A program made the translations under genes and the position numbers. A stretch of 63,677 nucleotides of DNA, the filler included, from Sluysia triapertura (Eukaryota), in the NCBI GenBank assembly GCA_046118255.1. It is 4 parts of 4 records of this genome, joined end to end, with 100 filler letters (N's around TTAATTAATTAA, not from the genome) between each part and the next. Parts side by side here need not be neighbours in the genome. Positions count along the whole stretch, not along the records: positions 11,715 to 39,282 come from JBJNIA010022179.1; 3 more parts are not named here. The stretch is one strand, 5' to 3'. The notes under the pieces were generated by a model. It did not search any database, was not told the DNA's origin, and saw only the letters and a list, made by a program, of their open reading frames with translations. This document shows positions 11,901 to 25,200 of the stretch, piece by piece (the first letter of the stretch is position 1; each line of letters starts with the position of its first letter).

Positions 11901-11930
11901 GGTGCGGCTTATAGTCCGGAAAATACGGTA
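11901..11930. mobile_element. pogo/Tigger-like terminal inverted repeat (single end)
   Basis: GGTGCGGCTTATAGTCCGGAAAATACGG-TA, homologous to the right end of the 9824-9923 MITE. Confidence 0.65.
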
Positions 11931-12103
11931 ATAATGATTATAATAACGATAATAATAATGATTATAATAATAATGATGATAATAATAATAATGGTGATAA
12001 TAATGATTATAATAATAATGATTATAATAATGATAATAATAATAATGATAACAATAATGATGATGATAATAATAATGATAATAATAATAATGATAATAAT
12101 ATA
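11929..12103. repeat. (AAT/GAT)n microsatellite
   Basis: Direct observation. Confidence 0.95.
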
Positions 12104-12189
12104 TTAATTTATATTGCGCTCAAAAAATTTGAGTACTCAAAAGCGCTTAAAATAAATCATTCACTATGATATTTCTGAAACAGAAATAA

Positions 12190-12700
12190 CTTTTTCTTAA
12201 ATATTTCATAATCTTCCAGTAATTTGACATTCTCTAGTAGCTGCTTGAAACATAAATGGTATACAACCTATCTTCTAACTTATTATCACTGTGGATTCTG
12301 TATAGATTATTATGATGTCTCAATGAAATATTCATCTTGGTTTCCAAATTTTTTATTATTTCTAAAAGATATTCAGGACTTCTGTAATGTAATAATTTGT
12401 AAATTATTGTCATGATTTTGAATTCTATTCTTGTTTTTTATTGGCAACCAATGTAATTCCTTAAGTAAAAGTGATCTTTCCACTTGGAAAATTAGTCTTG
12501 GTGCTTGATTAATTATTAATTGTAATTTTTTCACTTTTCTATATAGGAAATTGAGTATAATAAACCATTGTTAAAATCTATGTTGCTAGTTATCAATGAA
12601 TGAACAATAAATTTAGCTGTTACTTAATTTACACATTACACTTACTGTCTTTAAACTTATTCTTTATTAAATTATTATTAATTGCTACTCATTTTTAAAA
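12190..12700 (-). mobile_element. L2/CR1-group non-LTR retrotransposon, decayed ORF2 3' end
   Basis: Manual translation: VTAKFIVHSLITSNIDFNNGLL...KKLQLIINQAPRLIF...LLKELHWLPIK/RIEFKIMTIIYKLL. The LHWLP...RI.FK motif is characteristic of L2/CR1 ORF2. Confidence 0.8.
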
Positions 12701-12947
12701 TTATTGACAAACTTTTAATCCTCTTGAAACTATTCTGGTTTAACTCGTTAATCAATAATTAAATGTAGTTGTAAAAATTGAAAATGTAAATAAAATTCGA
12801 GAATCCCTTTTCAAAGTCTCAAAATTAAAACAATAATATAAATAAACAAATAATAAACGATTATTAGATAATAATAATAAAGAAAATATTATATAAGACA
12901 ATGTTTAATATCTATTTTGTAATTATCTCTTTACAAAATGTAGCCAA

Positions 12948-13035
12948 TGTTGAAATACATGCCATAGAGTAATAATGAGTAATTGACTATAATAAAACAA
13001 AATTGTTAGGCGCGGCTGACAGCTGGATTGGTAGA
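12948..13035 (+). mobile_element. tRNA-containing short repeat, 3'-truncated copy
   Basis: ...GCCATAGAGTAATAAT...AAAACAAAATTGTTAGGCGCGGCTGACAGCT matches the other copies. Confidence 0.7.
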
Positions 13036-13694
13036 TAATTATCGGTGATTCTCGACGACCTCACATACAGGCCCGCGATACTTCCTCATCACAACTGCTA
13101 TTGATTGATGTCAAGACCTCAACTTCGAGATAACTTCCAGAAAGCCCAAACAACCAATCTCCAGACAAAATGAAGTTCAAGGTGTCTCTGGATACATTGG
13201 TCATGGGATCCGAAATCAAGACTCTATCACGATAATATGCACGACTATCTGTAGAGTCATCGAATAACATATATCGCGACCATGTCTTGTAAGGTCCCTG
13301 ACTGAAGAAAGAAAACTGCTCCTCAATATAAGAAGACCTTCCTTCTCTAAAAAGAGAAGATACTTACACTATTATATTAATACATGTGTCATGGGTTCGA
13401 TTTTTATGAAGGTCAAGTTCAATTCGATGGTTCCACATTAAAAATAAATTAATTCGTCTTCTACTGAAAGCTCGATACTTCTTAAAATTTTCTTAACTCT
13501 ATTCTATAACAATTTCTTCATAATTAATTTCATTTATATAGATTATTGGTTTGTTGAGTCGTTTATTAACAAAGTAACATAAAATCCTACCTATGAGCCG
13601 CACCTTATAAATTTTGTTCTGTAGAAAAGCCGCGGCTTTTTTGAATTTTTTAGCATCATCAGTTTAATAAAATTGTTTATATGTTGTTTGACAG

Positions 13695-13907
13695 GTAGTG
13701 GATCCAATTTATTGACTGACATAGCATATAGTGGTTTAATTGAAGAATCTACCGTCGAATGTAATCGTATTCAATATCCGGAACCTGTTATTTGTAAAGA
13801 ACGAATTCGAATTCGACCAATGAGATTACGAGACGATGTTATCCAATTAGATAATAATGCACAAATGTCATATTTGGAACAAACTTCGCACGATAATTTA
13901 AGATTAT
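13695..13907 (+). CDS. apolipophorin/apoB-like LLTP, first visible exon (end of N-terminal beta-barrel)
   Basis: tgacag acceptor. VICKERIRIRPM resembles the apoB AICKEQHLFLPF strand. Phase-1 gttagt donor joins the next exon in frame. Confidence 0.8.
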
Positions 13908-13958
13908 GTTAGTAATTTTCAATTATAAATCAATACTTTATGGCTTCATAAAATTTAG

Positions 13959-14202
13959 TGGAACCAGAATTGCAGTCTTCTCTACAACAAACATTCAAAG
14001 AATCGTCTTATCAAACTCCTTCTGTTAATAAAGCGGAAATAAGTTTAAAACAACTATGTGAGTCGAACAGTCAGGCTGACTTGCCGATTCTGTTCATACA
14101 ATTGGTCAATCAATTGAAATTGCTGGAAGCGACTCAAATCGATTATTTGTATGAAAAAGTCGACAAAACACAAATGTGTCCACAAAGTTTGGAAAGTGTT
14201 AA
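13959..14202 (+). CDS. apolipophorin/apoB-like LLTP exon (start of alpha-helical domain)
   Basis: AEISLKQLCE...LPILFIQLVNQLKLL. 51-bp upstream intron; phase-2 gtaagc donor matches the 15578 acceptor. Confidence 0.9.
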
Positions 14203-14242
14203 GTAAGCTTAAATAATTTTAAATCGAAAACAATAGTTAGAA

Positions 14243-14355
14243 ATTAGTATAATTGACTATAATTAAATAAAATTGTTAGACTGGGATGATAGCTGATTGG
14301 TCAGTACTGTACAGCTGTGAAGTGAGAGATCAAGGGTCCGAATATGAAGTCTAAC
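14243..14355 (+). mobile_element. tRNA-containing short repeat, decayed copy
   Basis: AATTGTTAGACTGGGATGATAGCT...ATGAAGTCTAAC. Confidence 0.7.
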
Positions 14356-14430
14356 TGAACTAGAGAATGCTTATATCACATTTTTTTTCTTTTTAAACTT
14401 CTATTCAAAGTTATTTCTACTTTTTTGCAT

Positions 14431-15147
14431 TTAACCATCATGCTTCCAATGACCAATAATAAATTCATCAAATTGAACGAGATCTACGTTATTACACTTT
14501 ACGGACACGTCAGGCAAGACGATAAAAGCGAAGAAGATGATGTAACTGAAGGTAATGGTGAAGATGAACAAGAAGAATAAAATGAAGAATAAAATCTGAT
14601 AATAGCTAATCAAATCCAGAAGATACAGAAGCATCAGAAATTATGCGAGAATCATTTAGCAAATAGATGAACGAGCCATTGATTGAAAATATACAGATAT
14701 TAGATTATGTGGAATCCAACTCGTTTCTTGGGATTCTTATTGTGATAGGTGCCAACCACGATTCCAAGCAAAATGTAAGAAGTTGACGGACGAAGTAAAT
14801 TATTATGAGGTAAAGTAAAAAAATGCAAAAAGGTAGTTCAAAATGTTCCAAAATGCTCGAAATAGTTTGTAAACTTATTCTGCGAACAAAATATTACCTA
14901 ACCTATGTCAATCATTGCTAGTAGTGATTCATTTGTTTTAATTATTTTTTATTTTATGAAATTTGCATGATTAGTATACGAATTTATAAAAACTGCAAAT
15001 TATGCTCGAAACTGATTTTTTAAACTCAACGCTGCCTACTTAAACCATTTTTATGAACAATCCTACTGACAATGAGTCAATTTTTTTATTCATAAAATAA
15101 AAAAAATATAAAAAATTTTATAAATGTTAGATATATCTAAAGGTTAA
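14431..15147 (+). mobile_element. probable internally deleted piggyBac derivative
   Basis: TTAA-CC...GG-TTAA ends, acidic tract (EDDVTEGNGEDEQEE), LDYVESNSFLGILIVIGANHDSK resembling the piggyBac transposase N-terminal block, then a Cys-rich remnant. TIRs are otherwise poorly conserved. Confidence 0.5.
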
Positions 15148-15163
15148 ATTATTTCTAATCAAT

Positions 15164-15313
15164 TGTTGGGGTAGAGGTCTAAAATGCCATAGAATAATGA
15201 TAGTATAATTGATTATAATAAAACAAAATAGTTATACGGGGCTGACAGCTTAGTGGTCAGAGCAAGAGGTCGCGGGTTCGATTCCCGGTGAGTCCATTTA
15301 ATGAAGTCTAACA
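15164..15313 (+). mobile_element. tRNA-containing short repeat, anticodon arm deleted
   Basis: TGTTGGGGTAGAGGTCTAAAATGCC...GGGGCTGACAGCTTAGTGGTCAGAGCAAGAGGTCGCGGGTTCGATTCCCGGTGAGTCCATTTAATGAAGTCTAACA. Confidence 0.8.
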
Positions 15314-15391
15314 CATCGAATAACATTCTGAAATTGAAATTAATTATTTATAAGATGTTTGAGGTCAAACATAATTAAATAGGGTGAGATA

Positions 15392-15533
15392 TGTTGGGTT
15401 ACAAGCCTAAAATGCTATAGAATAATCATAATATAATAAAACAAAATTGTTAGACGGGGCTGATTGCTTAGTGGTCAGAGCATTGAACTGCACACCTGTG
15501 AAGCGAGAGATTCCGGATTTGAAGTCTAAAACA
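15392..15533 (+). mobile_element. tRNA-containing short repeat, T-arm deleted
   Basis: TGTTGGGTTACAAGCCTAAAATGC...TGTTAGACGGGGCTGATTGCTTAGTGGTCAGAGC...GAAGTCTAAAACA. Confidence 0.75.
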
Positions 15534-15577
15534 AATATATTTCTACATAATGTATAATGTCTTCAATCAATATTTAG

Positions 15578-16154
15578 AAACATTCTTTTGGACGCCTTAG
15601 CAGAAAGCCAAAATCCAGCTACGTTGCCTCTGCTCATTAAACTAATCAAGAATAATGAAATATCAAGAAACACACAAATTCTATGGTTCAACGGATTGGC
15701 GAAATCGACTCGACAAATTACAAAACAGGATTTGCTGGATCTAAATGAATTGTTAGATGTGTGGTCTATAAACAAATTGCAGTTTTCACAAGAAACTGTT
15801 TTCGGTATCAGTTCCATGATTCGTCAATACTGTTCAACCAATAAAAATAGTGATTCATCCAAAGAAACAGGAGAGACGACAAATTATTGCGACAATTTAG
15901 AAATCATTGACAAATTAATGTCCAAACTTTTATTGCCACTTCGTGATGGTTGTCAAGAAACTGCGAAAACTAAATTTAGTGATGAACAATTATCAGAAAT
16001 GCTATTAACACTTCGTATGATTGGAAACGCTAAAGTTTACAATTCAGAAACAATAAAGATACTTAATAAATGTATTTTTAATAACAAAAACATTGTCGCT
16101 TTACGAATAAGTGCACTTGATGCAATAAATAATAAAGAAGCTCATCGTTATTTT
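15578..16154 (+). CDS. apolipophorin/apoB-like LLTP exon (lipoprotein N-terminal helical domain)
   Basis: LLDALAE...LTLRMIGNA...LRISALDA motifs; tttag acceptor, gtaagt donor, phases consistent. Confidence 0.93.
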
Positions 16155-16226
16155 GTAAGTTTATTAATTATTTTTTTATTGATTATAATAATAAGTATGA
16201 TATAATAATAATTTTATTGATTTTAG

Positions 16227-19200
16227 AAAAATCAACTACTCATGTTACTAGAAGATTATTCTGAAGATTCAGAAGTTCGAATTAATGCTTACTTGGCTGT
16301 AATGTCGAATCCGATTGCCGATGTTGTGTTTCAAATTCGTAAACTACTTAGTCAAGAAAAAATTAATCAAGTAGCCTCATTCATATGGACTCATTTGAAT
16401 AATTTGAAAGAACATACTGATTCTAATAATATTTATACATTGTTATCCAGTATAACTGAAGATAAAAAAGTTAAAAATCGATTCAGTGATTTAAGTAAAT
16501 TGAAATATTCGAGAAATATTGATAAAAGTTTTTCCAGTTACTACGGTAATGTGACCATAAATTCAAATTTAATATTTTCTGAAAAATCATTCATTCCCAG
16601 ATCAATATCTGTGGCAACAACAACATCTATTCTCGATGTACCTCGTAAAGTGATAGAACTAAAAGCACGAATGGAAGGTGTTGAAGAGGTGTTGTTTCAT
16701 TTAGCTGGAGGTCCTGACAGTTATTTGAAATCGATGAAGAAACACAGCAACAATTTGAATAAGGTTTTAGAAATGGTGAATAAAATGAGTGGTAGTTTCG
16801 ATATGAAACTGTTTGATCAAGAAGTGAAATTTTTGGAATTAAGTGGTGGTAAATTCAGAGATGGTACTGGAAAGATAAGTGATTCTGGCTATAAAGATTT
16901 AATTGAACAAATAATGGAATTAGACCAAACGAAGTCATGGAAACTAAATCGTCGTATGATGTTATTGGATCAAACTATATTTTTGCCAACACTGATTGGT
17001 TTACCATTAAAGTTGAAACTTCAAGGCGGCGCTGTTATTAATTCATTAATTCAATTGAAGTTCGATTTGTTGTCACTGTTTAATCAACAAAATAACTTAA
17101 ATCCAAAATTTGAGTTAAATCTAAAACTGTCTCCCAGATTGTCTGGTGTATTACAAGCTGATGTTGCCCTGGAAACGCCATTCCAAGACTACGGTATACG
17201 ATATCAAGTACAAGCTAGCAGTAATACAGAAATGAATGCTAAAGCTAAATTTGATAGAATGCATGGTTTGGAAACTAAATTCGAAGTGCCAAAAGATCGC
17301 CAAAATATTGTGGATGTAACTGCCAGTGTGTATTCGTTATCTAAACGTCAATCGAAGAAGACGGAGACCAATGAAAATCAATTGACAAAGTCAATTTGTA
17401 CTGGTTTTGGTTTAGTAAAAGTGATTGGTTTAAAATTTTGCTATGAAATCACTTATCCAATCCAATCGTCTAAAACAAATGAAAATAAAGTTGGTGCTAA
17501 ATTGTACATAGAAAATGTCGATGTACCACAAGGTTATGAATTTAAAATAGCTTCTACTAAACAAATGAAAGAAAATCAACAAATATACGAAATTCTTTTC
17601 GATACTCCAAAGTCAGCCGTATCGGACAGAAAATATCATGGGATTGTCAGCATTAATTCGCGCAACAAAATTGTTGATATCAAAATGCAAAGTCCAAGTC
17701 CCAAAATCAATTTCCATATGAAAATTCAAACCAAATACGACGGTCCAGCTAAAACTTTGGCTTTGGAAATCAGTAGGAACAACAAACATATTATTAAAAT
17801 AACTTTGGAACATTCAAAAGTTTCGAAGCAATATGGTTGGGTTATTCGCGGGGGTTTATCAGCCTCACTGTTGGATTTTACACCCATTCGAACGAGCTAC
17901 TTGCTTGATGCATCCGATAATCGATACCACTTCGCACTGTTATCTAAAGGATTCTTCAAAAAACCAACAGACATAAATATGGTAATTTTGAAAGAAGAAC
18001 TTCGTAAACTTTCTATCTTCAACAAATACATGATTCAAGGAACCTACAACAGCATTTTTGGACATGGCTCCATTCGAGGTATGTTTAGTGAGTTTTATTT
18101 AGGTCCTCGTTGGAACATAGAACTGAATCATTATCCGGAACATCGAAATAAACCCTACAAAATTATTATTAGACAAAAACTAGATGATAAAAGCTCAAAA
18201 AGTTTATCAAAGTATTACGTGGATTCATCAATAAAATTTGGCTGGAATGGCGAACATTTTATTGATTTTCAAAACGAAAACGAAATATCGCAGCGTCACT
18301 TACGTTTACAATACAAATCGAAATTTGGAATTCGTAATATTTATGAAAGAAAATATGAAGCTTCAATCTATGGCGGTTACGGATATCAAGGTGTTGGAGA
18401 TATTAATTGTGAAGGAAGTGCTACTTTAAAAATACCACACCTTGGCTTACAATACGACGGTAGATTTAGTTCGGTGATTGATAAGAATCTGAGATCGATG
18501 CATAGTTCTTTCAAATTGGACAATGGTGATGAGCCAATAGTTAGCGTCAAGTTTGAATACAATAAACCTAAAATTTATCTGTCCGATAATGAATTAAAAG
18601 TACAAATAAGTTCATTAAATAATAATATAAAATTGGTGTGGAATCTGAAACAAGTCGATGTTAGAAAGTATCAATATAAACTAAATTTATTGTTTAATAA
18701 GGATCAATTTGAAGTTCGCGGTAGTCAAACGGACTTGTCACAGTACCGGCAACAGGAAGGTGAAATAGAAATTGATGTACCAGAAAGATTGTTGAATAAA
18801 TATTCAAAAATTCAGCTGAAATATAGCAGTAATGTGATGGACTTGAAAGATTTTCAATTTAGTCTACAATTTCAAATACCAAAACCGAATTTAAAGTACA
18901 ATTTTGATACTAAATTCATATTTCGACCGGAAAACTTTTTTGTAGAACCAATTAATAAAGATGTAACTGAAGTTTTGAGTTACAAAATCAATTTGGAAAA
19001 TAGTGTCAATAAGTACAGTACTGAATTTAAATTTATTTCCAATGTAAAAGAATTTCAAATATTTAAGTCACTAACTTGGATGAAAGATGATAAATCCGTC
19101 ATTTTGAATTTACACCGTAAAACTTGGCGTACCAATGTTAAGGAAATACATAATATTGTCAAATTATCGTTGAATTACTTCGGTAAACTACACGAAATCA

Positions 19201-22200
19201 ATTTCAAGTCAGAATTTACTTATCTAACTCTGATGGCCAACTTTGAAGCTATTTGGAATAAAGTAAATAATCGAATATCTGTTGTAACAATGTATCAGCT
19301 AGAAAATAGTTGGACTCAAAAAGGTTTAACAGCATCTGTTACAGTAAAAACACCTTTCGACAACTACAAATTATTTCATGTTGGTTTAAATGGTATTGGC
19401 CAATTACGTTATCGTAAATTAGATTTCGAAATTCGATATGGAAATAATAAACGTATCACATATGATATAATTATTCAACCTAGAAGTAGTAATGATTTTA
19501 CTGTTTCATCGAAATTTATGAGTCCATTTCGTGGTTTAAGTTTAGTAGAATTTATATTGAAGCACATGACGAATGAAAAAAGTATATCCAGTGAAATGAG
19601 TGTTCTGATTGGTCCGAATAAAAAATACCTTATCCGATTGGACGCTATAGATAACAATGGTGAGTCATTTACTAACTTCATTTGGCTATTAAATAAAGAT
19701 GTGTCTGCCAATTTGAAGATAGAACTTGCTAATTTGATGGAACCGTTTCAGCTAAGTTTGAATCATAAAAAGAATCTTAAACAATACGAATGTGCAATCA
19801 AAGTTAATATTGGATCGAATAAATTTCTTCAATTAAGCAATTCGATTTTGTATAATCCTGAAGACGATGCACAATTGGTCACTGTAAACACAGAACTGGT
19901 ATCATCATTTAATATTATTAAATCGCTGACATTTAACTATGAATTAGAATTACGATCCAGTATGTTAATATCTAATATCAATTTAAATTACAATTCCAAT
20001 AACATTATTTATGCGTCATTGAAGGAATATCACGAATACGATGGTGGTGGTTTCATAAATAAAGCCGATGTGAAAGGTCAAATTCGTATTTTAAATTATG
20101 AGCAAATAAAATTTGAAAGTGACATTTATATAGAAAAACAATTATATAAATTCCATGCAATTGCAACAAGAGGTAATAATAATGAATTGATATATAAACA
20201 CGAATTATTTTACGAAATCAAATTGCCAGTTTTAGTTTTGACATTTAAATGTAAATTACCATTGGTGAAAAATTACGAAAATATTGATTATTTAAATAAA
20301 ATCGATTATAAGAGCAATTCGGCAATAAAAAGTCAATATCGCTTAATAATTAATGATGTAATTGTTTTTAGTTATGAAAATAATTTGTTAATTAAAAATA
20401 AAGCTGGTCGTAATGTAGAATTTGATGTTGTAAAGACATTTCAAAGCGATTATTATTCGGGAAGAAAATTGTCTTATAAAATGGAATATAATGTGATTTA
20501 TTCACCGAAAAAAGCTACCTTTTCGTTGAAAATTATCGATATATATCAATATCCAAATGTGGTGGATTTGATTGGTAGTTTAACGTTATCTGATGAGCAA
20601 GAAGAATTCGATTTGATGATGCCAAGAAATGCTCGTTTAGAAATTGAATTAAAAACGATGTTTTCTGTTTTAAAGAACGTAAAAATTAACACTTCAATTA
20701 ACACCAATACCAAATCTGTTAGACGACCAATTAAATGGAACTTTGAAATGAATTTAAACGATAAACAACGATATTATAGTTCAATTGAATGGACACAATT
20801 TGGACCTAAACTTTATAAAATCGATTCTTTGTATCAAATTAATTCTAAAACCAAATATTACTTCAAAGCAGCACACGAAACACAAAAAATGGGTTTCGTA
20901 CAACGATTAAATACCAATATATGGAAACTGAAAACCATCGAGTACATATGTAGTGCCGAAGTTCGAGGTGCACTATCTTTACACGCTCAACTAAAATCAG
21001 ATTTGTTTGAGGACTATTTCGAATCCGTAGATTTATTAATTCGTCAATTGAAAAATTACTACGAATACAACGCAATAATCAAATTACCAAATGATTTAAT
21101 AAAATTGCATTACAAACAAAAACCGTATTATTTGAAAATGAAATTGAAAAGTAAATATTGGCAAAATGGAAAATTTAAAATCGATTTTCAACAACGAAAT
21201 GATGTTTCTGCGGAAGTTTTGTACAATAATATTTTCAATATTAAATTAAAAAACAAATTTGATAGTACATGGGATAAGATTAATCAACAGTTTTCTTTCG
21301 CATTTTATGAGAAAAAGTTCGGTTGGGAATACAAACTGGAAAAAGTAAAATGGAAATATTTATCAACAGAATTCGAATTACAATCGAAACAAATTTGGTC
21401 ATTAAAACCGTTTGAATTTGAAACGAAGTTTTCATATAATTTGAAACCAACCAATTTACAGTTGGAATTTGAATCATCAATCAATGATAAATATATTAAA
21501 ATGGAATCCAATTGGATAAATAAAAAACCGAATAAACAAATCAAATTTCAAGTAGAAACATCTGAACAACAAATGAAAAAAATCGGTTTTGAATTAAACC
21601 ATAAATGGAATGCCAAGAATTTGGAATTGGAAGAAAAACTTGAACTGAATTATGTACGGAATAAAGAAAATGTTGTCTTCAAAACATCTTACAGTATGGT
21701 CAGTTGGAAGTATGTGGAAATTCAAACAGAAATCAATTTCGAATTGCCAAGTTTCACCGAATATCAAATTAAACCATACAAGTTTCATTATAGTCATAAA
21801 TTTAATAAAAATCGTCAGGAAATTTCGTCAGAAATTGATATATCAGGAGAAAATTATGTGAAATTTAGTGGCTATACGGAAATCGGTTTTGACAAAAAAT
21901 TCCAATCAATTATTAAGCTAGAATCGGACAAATTAACAGATAAAATCTATGAATTGACCATAAATTACCAAGAATATGATTTGGTTGCAATATTTAAACG
22001 TGCCAAGGAAACATATTTGGAATTTTTACTACAATTGAAAAACGATAAGCAAAACTTAATTAATAAATTTATTATATCGGATTTAATGGCTCACGAATTA
22101 TATATCAAAATTCCAAAATCAGATAAAGAAAATCAATTAAAATTGATAATTCAAATGACAAATTCATTAATCAGTACTGAACCAATCAAAATTAAGTTAG

Positions 22201-25200
22201 TTAGTGAAAACAAATTCAAAACGGATTTAAGTTTAGAAATTGATAATAAAGTAGCAAAATTACATTATAATATTGATAATGACATTAACTTCAATGTAGA
22301 CATATTTGATAGGATTTTTTATAAAATGGATTTAATATTTGACAAAGATGATAGGTCATTAAAAGAATTTTTTATCGATTTAAAAATGATCAATAAATTG
22401 TTTACATTAAAACAAAAATTAAATACTAAAGAAGCTGTGTTTTCATTGGTTTATAATGATAATTTTGTGAAGTTGAATATACAGCGAAATGTTAAAGCGC
22501 AATTGGATTTCAGTTTGTTTAATAAGCAGCTTGGTGTTACTATTAATAGAAATTCATTAGTTGAAGGAAAATCGAATTTTATTGACAATTGTCACCAATT
22601 TAATTGGTTTCTGTTTGATTATACTCAAAAACAATTAAAAAGCAATTTATTGTGTGATGATAAACCGATATATACATTGAACTTTAAATGGGATTGGATG
22701 GAATATGCAGAACTGGTTTTGGAAACTAAGTGGAAAATCATGAAATCTTTCAAGATGATAACAAATGTTAAAGAAATAGCTAAATTTCAACTAAAAATTG
22801 AAATTGAACACAATGATGTTAATAAGTTATTATTGGAAATGCAAAATGGAAAATTGACAGGAAAATTAAAATTCGATAAATATAATTGGTATTTAACAAG
22901 CGAATTAAAAAATGTTGATAAAACAAAACGAACAGGTTCATTTAAAATAACCAGTTCACAGTTGGACCAACCAATTGAAGGACAAATGAGTATTTCAACG
23001 AATGAAAAGTCAGAAATACAAATTGAAATAATAAGCACTGTTTTTGGTGACAAATTGAAAAATATTTTAATTGTACTGGATAATAATGTCAATAAACCGA
23101 GATTGTCTATTCAAATTGACAAACATAACATTGTGGAATTTGTTTTAAATAATGACTATCATAATTTAATCAATACAGAATTATCGTTGACATTTAATCC
23201 ACCAAAAACATGGTTTAACTTCCAAGTGTCAACAAATATTAAACTGAAATCAAATACAAACGAACACATGTTTCTGATTACATCGACATCGAATATGTGG
23301 TCGAAAATTAATTTCAAAATTGACTATCAAGCGGCCAATCAAATGATGACAATGGTTTTACAACGAGGTGATCAAGATTATTGGAAAGTTCAATTAAAAA
23401 TCGACCAATCAATGATACAACTAACCACAGAAGTGTTGGACTTTAAACAGAAAGTAATCATTAAACACAAACTTGAAAACTTAAAAACAATCAACTTCGA
23501 AATTGAATTGACTGGAAAATACAACTTCCAAGGTTCCTATAAACATGTTTTGTTCAACAGTCTTGAAAAAGTTTCCTGGGAACAAAGTATTAATGCAATT
23601 TCTAATAGAAAATCATTGTTTAATACAAAAACAACATTTTTATTGAACTTTATTGACAAATCTTTAAATGTAAACATTCATTTTAATGTTGAAAATACAA
23701 AATTATATCAAAATTCATTAGAAAGTCAAATAAAGTCCAACTATGTTGCATTTATAATTAAATCCGATTTGTTATTGAATGATAAAATCGATTTGACAAT
23801 TGATTTACAAAATCCTGCATTACGAAAAGTTCAATTATCAACTCAATTTGATTGGTTGAAAATGATACAACTAAAATTGGCCACTAATAACTTAAATAAA
23901 CAAACAATACAGCAAAAATTAACATTAAATTCGAATTATTTTGGTGATTATCAAGTGGATTATTTGTGGACCAAAACTGATAAGCTTCAAAAATTGCAAA
24001 TGGATTTAAGTACTTCAAAATCAATGAAAATAGTTAATTTAGTAATAGAAAAATCAATTGAAAATAATAAAAATTTGGCTAATGTAATGCTAGAATTAAA
24101 TGATAAGAAATATGTGGACTTGAAATGGGTCTATAATAATAATAATAAAGTAAAAATCAATCTTAAAACTGCTCATCCATACTTGCAAGAATTGGAAGTA
24201 GATCTTGTTAAATCCAAAACCAGTTTAAATGCAAATATCAATTATAATGATTACAAAATAGAGCTGGAGTCAGTGTTGAAGTACCCACAATTGATAAATG
24301 TCAAACTAAATAGTAATATTAAATTAATTCAATCAATTTTATTGAATGTTCAGTTAAATGTCAACGACAAAACTGAAATCAAACTGACATACTTAGACAC
24401 CACAGTGAAATTTTATTGGATGTTCAGTAAACCAAATGATGATTTAATTGTTCAGCTAAACTTAATCAATTTTCCAATAATTAATGACATTGAAGCAAAA
24501 TTTTTAATCAATCAAAATCGTGGAAATTATCATGGTCAAATGTTATTGGACAATGAATTAATTGTTAAATTGGATAAATTCGAATCCAGTTTAAGTATAA
24601 TGGTACCGAAATTTAAATTTGCTATTTCGAAATCAGGTGTATTGAAAATTGTACTATTTGACGAAACCACTTTCTTATTAGATGTAAAATTAACGAATTT
24701 AAAAAGTGTAAACGCAAAATTGATTTTTAACAATGAACATTATTCACTGTTAAGTGATATTGTAAATGATAATGTTGGATTGTTGTGGACAATGAAATCA
24801 ACTGTTAATGAACACAATTTACTAGATGTAACATTAGGTTGGAGTAAGAAAAATTACGAATATTTTGTTTGGCAAGTCAATTTACGAAATCAAGCTGTCA
24901 TTGGTTGGAAATACAGCCTAGAAATAAATCCTACTGGCTATAAATTGATGACAGAATTTGTTGGTTTAGGAATTCGTTCAATGTTTGATTTGATATGGAA
25001 TAAACGTATTTCGGAATATATTGTCAAATTAAATTGGAATATCATGAATCATAAAATGAATACTGAAAATTCTTTCAATATTATTTCTGTGGGTTCAGTC
25101 CAATTATTAATCAAATCATCACAACCAATCAATGTATCGTTTAGTTTCAGCACTAAATCAATTGGTGTTTACGAACTACGAGTTTTGTCGCTAGAATCCA

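Noticed and set aside
12901-12972. MFNIYFVIISLQNVAN as the signal-peptide exon of the LLTP
   Set aside because: No phase-compatible donor, and much of the N-terminal beta-barrel would still be missing.
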